Source of the DNA: Nanobdellota archaeon
GTDB lineage: Archaea; Nanobdellota; Nanobdellia; Woesearchaeales; JACQSR01
Direction of reading: 5' to 3'
Length of the DNA: 64,000 bases
NCBI GenBank assembly: GCA_042577505.1
Contig: JBHPEA010000001.1
Location: forward strand, 23,880 to 87,879
The position numbers and the translations under genes are program-made. Shown one piece after another: positions 56,885 to 64,000 of the stretch. Position 1 is the first letter of the stretch, and the number at the start of each line of letters is the position of its first letter. Below the pieces are notes generated by a model. It worked only from the letters and a program-made list of their open reading frames with translations. It searched no databases and was not told the origin of the DNA.

Positions 56885-57799
56885 TTATTGGGATCCAGTA
56901 GAAACACCAGTATATAGCCCCTGGAATTCCCTTATAAATCTAATAGCAATATCCCCATTCCGTATAATCAATATATTCTCATCATTATGGGTATTCCCAT
57001 TTTTAGTTGGATTATAAGAACCAGTTATAACGGTTGAATTATCAATGATAAAGACCTTATGATGCATTGTTTTAGGATTTGTATCATTCCTTGAATTAAC
57101 AACGGAAATAGCTTTCTGTCTTTTCTCCAACAAAACTTCAACGCTAACATTTGCAGAAGCAAGAAAATCAGATATTGGATAAGAAGTAAAACTAAATGCC
57201 ATTATTTTAATTGAATTCTTGGCTTTCTTCAACTCATGAATAACCCGCACCTCACAACTATCTTCAGGACAAAAGTAGCTTTCTAAAACAAAATCATTAA
57301 TCTTTACAATTGAACTTGTACTCCTTCCTTCACCAAAAGTTCCATCCCACATCTCCTGAAATTCACTTTCATAATTCTTAGCCAACTTGCGAGACTTAAC
57401 TACAACAACATTGTTATTATTCTTGTAAATTCCATTATTAGTAGGATTCATAGAGCCAGTAATGGTGATATAACCATCAATCACACAGAATTTGTTATGC
57501 ATTGTTTTAAATTTAGGAGCTTTCTTAGCACCATCAATATAATTTTGATTAACAATTACTCTAACATCACTTTTCTTTGACTTTACAGCAAGCAAATCAA
57601 TAATCTCTTCTGACTTTAAATCATAAAAAGCACAGTGTATGGAAGTTGCATTCATGAAATTCTCAATAAAAGGTTTCAAACAATCATCTTTAGGACAAAA
57701 ATAAACCTGTATAGGATCTGGAATCTTTTCAATAGTCTCATAACTATCCAAAAAAGAAAGTAAAGCTACTAAAAAAACTAAAAAGATAAATTTTTTCAT
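56885..57799 (-). CDS. Secreted phospholipase D/nuclease-family protein with two HKD motifs
   Basis: 'MHNKFCVID...TGSMN' and 'MHHKVFIID...TGSYN'; signal peptide. Confidence 0.9.
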   Translation of the reverse strand: MKKFIFLVFLVALLSFLDSYETIEKIPDPIQVYFCPKDDCLKPFIENFMNATSIHCAFYDLKSEEIIDLLAVKSKKSDVRVIVNQNYIDGAKKAPKFKTMHNKFCVIDGYITITGSMNPTNNGIYKNNNNVVVVKSRKLAKNYESEFQEMWDGTFGEGRSTSSIVKINDFVLESYFCPEDSCEVRVIHELKKAKNSIKIMAFSFTSYPISDFLASANVSVEVLLEKRQKAISVVNSRNDTNPKTMHHKVFIIDNSTVITGSYNPTKNGNTHNDENILIIRNGDIAIRFIREFQGLYTGVSTGSQ

Positions 57800-57852
57800 A
57801 AAAAGAGATCAGAATACAAATTAATAATCTTAACTGACAATTTTCCGTAAAA

Positions 57853-58632
57853 TCATCGGTATTTCTTATTCGCTTCTTTTAATAAGAAATAATCTGGAAC
57901 ATATTTGGATTTTAAAATTTTCTTTTTAGATTGATAATCCGGTTGATATCTCAACTTCCTTTTACCATCTGTAGCAGCATTATATATACATCTCGCAACA
58001 CTTAGTGCAGAAGCACAATGTGTAATTTCCTTCAATCTTCTAATTTTATCATCAATTTTTTTATCGTAAAAAGGAACAATAATATCACTTTTCTTACCCT
58101 TGTTGTGCAAAGAAGATTTTGTAAATCCTGGCTCAATTATCTTTACTTTTACATTTGTTCTACTTAACTCATGCCATAAAGCTTCAGAAATTGCCTCAAC
58201 TGCATGTTTTGTTGCACAATAATAACCTGATAAAGCAGAAACAGACTTTCCAACTGTACTTGAAATATTAATTACAACGCCTTTGTTTCTTTCTCTCATC
58301 TGAGGCACTACAGCTTTAGTTACCTCAACCAATCCAAATACATTAGTGTCAAATATTTCCTCAATCTGATACTTCGAAGAAGATTCTATAGCACCAACAA
58401 CACTCATTCCAGCATTGTTAACCAAAACATCAATCTGACCTGCCTTTTTAATAGCTTTTTCTATGCTTTCTTTATCAGTTACATCTAATTGTAGGACTCT
58501 AACATTTAATGGCCATTCGTGTGGATGTAAAGAACGCATTGTTGCTATGACATGCCACCCTTTCTTACTAAACAAATCAACACAAGCCTTTCCAATACCA
58601 GAACTACACCCAGTTATTAATACACTTCTCAT
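57853..58632 (-). CDS. Short-chain dehydrogenase/reductase
   Basis: 'TGCSSGIG', 'NNAG', 'YCATK'. Confidence 0.93.
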   Translation of the reverse strand: MRSVLITGCSSGIGKACVDLFSKKGWHVIATMRSLHPHEWPLNVRVLQLDVTDKESIEKAIKKAGQIDVLVNNAGMSVVGAIESSSKYQIEEIFDTNVFGLVEVTKAVVPQMRERNKGVVINISSTVGKSVSALSGYYCATKHAVEAISEALWHELSRTNVKVKIIEPGFTKSSLHNKGKKSDIIVPFYDKKIDDKIRRLKEITHCASALSVARCIYNAATDGKRKLRYQPDYQSKKKILKSKYVPDYFLLKEANKKYR

Positions 58633-59087
58633 TTTGTTACTACAAACTTCTCTTTATAATCAATTTTTTTGATATTGTCAATTATCTTCTCAGGTATGAA
58701 AAAACGAATCCCTTGAACATTATACTCTTTTTCTCCTTCAGCAGCTTTTTCTTTCAAATCAAAATCCATTTTGTCAGAAATCCCAATACCCCAATTTGGA
58801 TGTTGTGTCTTCTCCTTCAATTCCTTTATTCTTGAAACAGCAGCATCAGTTACAGTGAAGGGATCTTCAATAGCTTTATTCATTTTCTTAATAAGCTCAT
58901 CAATCTGTTCATCTTTCATTCCATGGACTTTCATGCCTTGTTCTAAAGACTCCCACATTGCTGCTTGACATCCAACGCAATGCATACCAGCATTAGTTAA
59001 TATTTCCGCTAAATCGTAAGCTTTGTCAGAATTACCCTCGAAAATTTGTTGGATAGTCATATCTTTTGTTATTTTCATGTTATCCAC
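58629..59087 (-). CDS. DUF1858 domain fused to a HesB/IscA-like fold
   Basis: 'ITKDMTI', 'GMHCVGC..A..ESLEQG..VHG'; 'FTVTDAAVSRIKE'. Confidence 0.75.
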   Translation of the reverse strand: MDNMKITKDMTIQQIFEGNSDKAYDLAEILTNAGMHCVGCQAAMWESLEQGMKVHGMKDEQIDELIKKMNKAIEDPFTVTDAAVSRIKELKEKTQHPNWGIGISDKMDFDLKEKAAEGEKEYNVQGIRFFIPEKIIDNIKKIDYKEKFVVTK

Positions 59088-59123
59088 TAACCCGATTCAG
59101 TTTTTAATACTTTCCTTAAATTT

Positions 59124-59591
59124 TTAAAACACCTCTAAAGAAATCATTGACTGAGTTTGTTTAATTCCATCCATATTACTTATCTTAGTTAGAATCTGTT
59201 TATTGAATTCATCAACATCTTTTGCCCTTACTAAAGCGATAATATCTGAAATACCAGTAACAATATCCACTCTTTCTACATTAGGAATCTTCTTTATCTC
59301 TTTTGCTAAGGAAACCTTAGTTCTCTTCTTCTGCTTAAGATAGGCTAAATCAACTGAAATTAAAACATAAGAGGTAAAACTTTTACCAATTTTCTTATTA
59401 TCTAACTCAACTGTAAATTTTTTAATAATTCCTTCGTTTTTTAATCTTCTAATTCTGTTGTTAATTGTTGTAGAAGGTATCAACGTTGATTTAGCTATCT
59501 GTCTAGTTGTATAATCACTGTGTTCTTGTAAAATATTTAGGATTTCCCAGTCTTTATCATCTAATGTCATAATGGTACATATGTCCCACAT
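59124..59591 (-). CDS. Lrp/AsnC-family regulator
   Basis: 'LDDKDWEIL..LQ', 'TTINNRIRRL...GIIKKF', 'VTG.SDI'. Confidence 0.92.
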   Translation of the reverse strand: MWDICTIMTLDDKDWEILNILQEHSDYTTRQIAKSTLIPSTTINNRIRRLKNEGIIKKFTVELDNKKIGKSFTSYVLISVDLAYLKQKKRTKVSLAKEIKKIPNVERVDIVTGISDIIALVRAKDVDEFNKQILTKISNMDGIKQTQSMISLEVF

Positions 59592-59688
59592 ACTATAAAT
59601 ATCTTTCTAAATTTGGCCATATTAACCATATTTACTGGGATAGGTTTTAAAATCATGAACGCGCATTATATATTGGGGTGCTTGAAAT

Positions 59689-59769
59689 ATGGGTTATGAT
59701 TTGGAGATGGATGACGAATTGGTTCTGGATGAATTATTAAATAAAGAGAAAAAGAAAGAAGAGGAATAA
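59689..59769 (+). CDS. Small acidic protein (26 aa), not in the ORF track
   Basis: MGYDLEMDDELVLDELLNKEKKKEEE; GGGGTG SD 8 nt upstream; TTTTAAAA box further upstream. Confidence 0.5.
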   Translation: MGYDLEMDDELVLDELLNKEKKKEEE

Positions 59770-59847
59770 TTTGCCTCGCCCGCTCTTCTTTCTATAGTGA
59801 TTTCTATAACAACAACTGGAAGATAAATGAAAAGGTCGGAAGAAAAA

Positions 59848-60186
59848 CTAATCTAGTGCTAAACTTACCTTGAGGGCTAGGTTTACTTTTTCCATTATTA
59901 AATTATCAAGAGAGCTAATTTTCTTAATTATTCTAGATTTATCAATGGTCCTGACCTGGTTCATCAACATCGTAGATTCTTTATCTAATCCAGATTCTGA
60001 GACTGATAGATGAACATTAATTGGATATTCCTTCAAGAATAACTTTGATGTAATGGGCGCAATAATCGTTGTACTTCCAAATTTATTGCCTACATCATTT
60101 TGAATTATTACAGCAGGTCTTGTTTTACCTTGTTCAGAACCTTTCACAGGATCAAGATTAACTAACACTATATCTCCTCTTTTCAT
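59848..60186 (-). CDS. mazF: MazF/PemK toxin
   Basis: 'RGDIVLVNLDPVKGSEQGKTRPAVIIQND.GN', 'APITS', 'QVRTIDKSR'. Confidence 0.93.
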   Translation of the reverse strand: MKRGDIVLVNLDPVKGSEQGKTRPAVIIQNDVGNKFGSTTIIAPITSKLFLKEYPINVHLSVSESGLDKESTMLMNQVRTIDKSRIIKKISSLDNLIMEKVNLALKVSLALD

Positions 60187-60187
60187 A

Positions 60188-60409
60188 TTAATCCCAGTCT
60201 ATATCAGAAGATGACCAATCCTTTGTTGTTTTCAAAGACTCTTTTGACATTTCTTTATAACTCTCAATTAAAACATCTTTATTCCTTCTCTTGTTTTTTT
60301 CAACCTCATTAATTAAAGAAACGATAACTTGCTCGTAAGTCTCATTTTTTCTTTTAATTTTATCCAACATATTCTTCACATTCTTATTTAACTGAATTGT
60401 GGTTATCAT
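60188..60409 (-). CDS. Antitoxin (RHH-like)
   Basis: 'ITTIQL...VK..L...K...ETYEQVI..L', 'ESYKEM'; upstream of mazF. Confidence 0.8.
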   Translation of the reverse strand: MITTIQLNKNVKNMLDKIKRKNETYEQVIVSLINEVEKNKRRNKDVLIESYKEMSKESLKTTKDWSSSDIDWD

Positions 60410-60412
60410 ACA

Positions 60413-60432
60413 AACTATAGTTCAACTATAGT
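60413..60432. promoter_or_regulatory. Tandem palindromic operator boxes
   Basis: aactatagtt and actatagt between the TATA box and the antitoxin start. Confidence 0.55.
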
Positions 60433-60576
60433 ATATAAACCTTATTATTAGAATCACCTACTCCCCATTAAAACCTCGTTCGGTTTTCTCGGAAGGATTG
60501 CAGATCGATTGCCTAAAAATGTAATGGCAAGTAGAAAACTCTAAAATTTTATAAAGTATATTCTTAAGATATCTAT

Positions 60577-61023
60577 ATGCTTAGCCCATTTTTACAGAAA
60601 CTTGATTTTGTTCACCAATTTAAGATGGGGAATGGAAGTATTGGTATTCTTGGATTAAAACAGATTATGTTACCTTCTACTCTAATCTCTGAATTGGGAA
60701 AAAAGGAAGAAGTTTATGCTCTTGCAAAAAAATATTCCCTAGATGAAGTAAATACCTACATGAAAAAGATCGATTGTAGTGAAGGCGAAAAAATCAAAGT
60801 ACTTGAACAAATCTATGAGACTTTTGGACTAGGAAAATTAAAAATTAAAATTGTGGATATTGGAAAAAAGGCATTAGTGGAAGTCGTTGACAATCCATTG
60901 CAAGGAAGCAATCCATTGGTAAGAGGAGTAATTGCTGGTGTTTTTAGTTATCTTTTCAAAAAAGATGTAAATGCCTCTATTCAGAGCAAGAAGGGTAACG
61001 TTTGTATATATCTCGTGAAGTAG
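60577..61023 (+). CDS. V4R-like domain protein
   Basis: 'G.I.ILG..QIMLP', 'FGLGKL', 'LVEVVDNP', 'RGVIAGVFS','KGNVCIY'. Confidence 0.65.
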   Translation: MLSPFLQKLDFVHQFKMGNGSIGILGLKQIMLPSTLISELGKKEEVYALAKKYSLDEVNTYMKKIDCSEGEKIKVLEQIYETFGLGKLKIKIVDIGKKALVEVVDNPLQGSNPLVRGVIAGVFSYLFKKDVNASIQSKKGNVCIYLVK

Positions 61024-61062
61024 GAAACCTTTTTATACGATGTTCTTGAGGAGATAAGTAGG

Positions 61063-62304
61063 ATGAACATACTATATACGATACTACTTGCACTGCTGTT
61101 ATCTTGGGTTTTTTCTGGAATACTTAATAGACTCAAACTTCCAAGCGTATTATCCCCTCTTATCGTAGGTATAATCCTGGGATTACAACAAGTTAAGGAC
61201 ATTGTATTAGCAGATTCAATTAATCTTGAAGTTTTATCATTATTTGCAGATATTGGATTAATCTTTTTGATGTTTTATGTAGGCTTTGAACTCAACATAA
61301 AACAAATGGTTAAAACAAGAAAAAGATCGTATTCCATATCTTTTTTTAGCGCAATTTCAACTTTAGCATTAGGGTTTCTAATCGGTAAATTATTTGGTTT
61401 TTCAAATCTTGTTTCAGTCATTTTAGGATTCTCAATTTCCATTGCTAATGAAGCTATCGCAGTAAATATTTTAGATGAATTAGGTATGTTAAAATCAAGA
61501 TTAGGAAGCATAATCCTGACATCTGGAATCATAGATGATATTGTTGGTATTTTTCTTATCGCAGTCGTCGTTGCTTTAACAGGCGAATCAAATTTCTCCC
61601 CCATCTATATTATACCTATCTTAATTCTTGTTGCCTTCCTAGTACTTTTTGTTTACAGATATTTATTGCCAGCATTATTACTAATGGCTGAAAAGAAAAA
61701 TATTGAAACAAATATTTTCATGATTTCTGTTATAATGGCATTAATATTTTCTTTATTATCTGAATTACTGGGTTTCGGATTTATTTTAGGTGCATTAGTT
61801 GCAGGATTCCTCATGAATAATGCTATTGAAGAAAGAAGAAAAGTCGATTATAAAGAAAGTAGGAAAGACCTTTTCAAAATGAGTGCAAAAGAATTCAAAA
61901 CACTCAAAAAGAAAATGACAATTCATGATACAACTCTTAATACAGTTAAAACAACAGCATTTGGTTTCTTAGTACCTTTCTTCTTTATCTGGATCGGTCT
62001 TAATGTAGACTTGTCATTATTTATAGAATCACCTTTGTTAATATGTGCATTAACTATTGCAGCGATAGTCGGAAAGTTAATTGGTTCCACAGTAGGAAAT
62101 ATGTTAGCAGGAGGATCATCAAGAACTGGTTTTCTTATAGGTTGGGCATTGAATGGAAGAGCATTTGTTGAATTAGTGTTTGCTGAGATTGCAAGGGCCA
62201 CTAATATCATTTCAAGCGAAGTTTTCTCAGCAATAGTATTTATGAGTATTTTGACTTCTTTAATATCTCCAGCAGTGTTTAATTATTTAGTAAGGAAGAA
62301 GTAA
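61063..62304 (+). CDS. Cation:proton antiporter (CPA2/NapA-like)
   Basis: 'IGLIFLMFYVGFE', 'IIDDIVG', 'LGALVAG', 'PFFFIWIG', 'GKLIG', 'GR'. Confidence 0.9.
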   Translation: MNILYTILLALLLSWVFSGILNRLKLPSVLSPLIVGIILGLQQVKDIVLADSINLEVLSLFADIGLIFLMFYVGFELNIKQMVKTRKRSYSISFFSAISTLALGFLIGKLFGFSNLVSVILGFSISIANEAIAVNILDELGMLKSRLGSIILTSGIIDDIVGIFLIAVVVALTGESNFSPIYIIPILILVAFLVLFVYRYLLPALLLMAEKKNIETNIFMISVIMALIFSLLSELLGFGFILGALVAGFLMNNAIEERRKVDYKESRKDLFKMSAKEFKTLKKKMTIHDTTLNTVKTTAFGFLVPFFFIWIGLNVDLSLFIESPLLICALTIAAIVGKLIGSTVGNMLAGGSSRTGFLIGWALNGRAFVELVFAEIARATNIISSEVFSAIVFMSILTSLISPAVFNYLVRKK

Positions 62305-62357
62305 ATCAATAAGGTTTAAATATCCTCACTAGGTAAATGTATAAAAAAGGGGTTGGT

Positions 62358-63098
62358 ATGAAAAGAGTTAAGACAGGAATACCTGGATTTGATCCATTAG
62401 TACAAGGAGGCTTTCCTTATGGTTCTTCTATTTTAATTACTGGCAGTCCTGGAACTGGTAAAAGTATCTTTGGTATACAATATATCTATAATGGAGCCAC
62501 TAAATATGGTGAAAAAGGGCTCTATGTTAGTTTTGAACAAAGAAAAGACGATATAATCAATCAGGCTTCTCAATTTGGATGGAATTTAAACAATCCCAAA
62601 ATCGAAGTCTTAACAATCCCTATTACTCAAGTTAGGGGCGAGACAGTTGAATTTATCAAAGAAAAAATCAAAAAAGAGAAAATCAAAAGAGTTGTGATTG
62701 ATTCTTTAACAACATTAACTGTCAATGCACCAATTTACTCTTCAACCAAGGACGTCGCCATTAAAGATGTCATCTCAGAATCTACAGTATTCTCTCCACC
62801 AATAATCGGAGATTACTTAGTAAAACACTTCATCTACGCCTTCATCGAATCTCTCCAACAAGTAGAAGATGCAACAGCAGTCCTTATCTCCGAAAACTCC
62901 AACGAACCAGGATTCCTATCCCGAGACACAGTGTCCGAATTTGCATGCGATGGTGTGGTTGTGATCAACTTCGAAAGCCTTGGTGGCGACTTCTCAAGAA
63001 CAATGATCGTCAGAAAGATGAGACAGACTAAGAATGACGAAGACGTCCACCCCGTAGAAATCTCCGACAAAGGGCTTATCGTGCACAAGATTGAGTGA
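62358..63098 (+). CDS. KaiC/RAD55-like single-domain RecA-family ATPase
   Basis: 'RVKTGIPGFD...GGFP', 'GSPGTGKS', 'VVIDS', 'VRKMRQT'. Confidence 0.9.
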   Translation: MKRVKTGIPGFDPLVQGGFPYGSSILITGSPGTGKSIFGIQYIYNGATKYGEKGLYVSFEQRKDDIINQASQFGWNLNNPKIEVLTIPITQVRGETVEFIKEKIKKEKIKRVVIDSLTTLTVNAPIYSSTKDVAIKDVISESTVFSPPIIGDYLVKHFIYAFIESLQQVEDATAVLISENSNEPGFLSRDTVSEFACDGVVVINFESLGGDFSRTMIVRKMRQTKNDEDVHPVEISDKGLIVHKIE

Positions 63099-63637
63099 TA
63101 ATCTTTATAATTAACTCTTCATTTCCTATAAAAAAGAAAAAATTATATGCATTATTGGCAAGTCTGATCTATGGATGTAATCCAACACCAGTAAAAGTTG
63201 AACCTAGCCAAGTACCTGAAGGAGTAAAAGCTGAAGAACATTCAATTTTGGAAAGTTTAGCCCTAAATTCACCTACCGATATAGGAAATATTAAGAAATC
63301 GCTTTTAGTATATGAGGCACCGGAAGGAGCAGTTCCAGGTACGAGCGATGTAGCACATTACTTAGCAGACTTACTTCCTGAGAATTGCAGTGCTGTTCAG
63401 TTTTTTGGCTTAGCGGATTTTGCAGCACGCGCAGTTGGAGAAAATTCAGATCTCAGAACAAAAGAACCAATAATTGAAGGAAGGGAAATCTACTCAGGAT
63501 TACATAGACAGGCTCTACGATCAAGGGGTGTTGCAGACATTGTTCAGGGAGTATGTCCAGAGGAGTTCGGTCAAAACGTCATGCAAGCCTATAACACTAT
63601 CTGGAAACCAACAACCCAATCAAACAACATTGACTAA
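63095..63637 (+). CDS. Putative lipoprotein, start uncertain
   Basis: 'KKKKLYALLASLIYGC' lipobox-like signal; no in-frame ATG before it. Confidence 0.5.
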   Translation: MIIFIINSSFPIKKKKLYALLASLIYGCNPTPVKVEPSQVPEGVKAEEHSILESLALNSPTDIGNIKKSLLVYEAPEGAVPGTSDVAHYLADLLPENCSAVQFFGLADFAARAVGENSDLRTKEPIIEGREIYSGLHRQALRSRGVADIVQGVCPEEFGQNVMQAYNTIWKPTTQSNNID

Positions 63638-63715
63638 CCAAACAATCCTTATCTTTATCTATATTTCACTAACAGTAAATAGTTTTATATATTAGTTTTC
63701 TCTTTTTTCAATATA

Positions 63716-64000
63716 ATGGTAAAAAAAGTTGGTGAATTTTTTCTGCACTTATTGGCATATGGGGGAGTTTCTATCGAAAAAGGTGTGCTATATGTGTGGA
63801 ATGATCCTGCATATTTTATCCCTACTACTTCAATAACTCGTCTTTTCCATGATATAAAAATGAAGTTAGGAAAAAGTGGAGAAGAATTATTATATTGGAT
63901 TGGAGAATTAAACGGCTCTAACGGAGATAAACTTCTGATGAACAGATATGGATTCTCAGAAAATGATTTTCAGAAATTTATGGAAGGTGGATCTATGGAT
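63716..64000 (+). CDS. Partial ORF, probable second V4R-like protein (runs off the window)
   Basis: MVKKVGEFFLHLLAYGGVSIEKGVLYVWNDPAYFIP...LYWIGE; resembles the N-terminus of 60577-61023. Confidence 0.55.
   Translation, partial: MVKKVGEFFLHLLAYGGVSIEKGVLYVWNDPAYFIPTTSITRLFHDIKMKLGKSGEELLYWIGELNGSNGDKLLMNRYGFSENDFQKFMEGGSMD

Noticed and set aside
60450-60535. Possible structured RNA between the antitoxin and V4R genes
   Set aside because: Only short competing stems (5-6 bp), with no second copy or known motif; insufficient support

Overview
AT-rich archaeal chromosome segment. Gene content and style suggest a DPANN lineage such as Woesearchaeota; this is an inference. Core genes include TrmB, TyrRS, PAN, Hjc, RNase Z, EndA, FEN-1, RFC-S, Pelota, the S13-S4-S11-RpoD-tRNA-Leu-L18e-L13-S9-RpoN cluster, LeuRS and AhcY. 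They are interleaved with modular Cys-rich surface proteins (glycoside hydrolases, a beta-propeller, a metallopeptidase), a five-gene cluster of paralogous lipoproteins/pilin-like proteins, four toxin-antitoxin pairs, a solo Cas4 and a V4R/antiporter/KaiC-like module. No CRISPR array or rRNA gene was seen. The most notable non-coding signals are three. (1) Two 71-nt copies of an unannotated structured RNA (two kink-turns plus a loop-E-like motif), each with its own TATA box and with a compensatory base-pair change, flank one surface-protein gene. (2) A tRNA-Leu(GAG) carries a 14-nt T-loop intron in a bulge-helix-bulge motif. (3) A highly structured ~350-nt region plus a free-standing LAGLIDADG-like gene lie between rps9 and rpoN.
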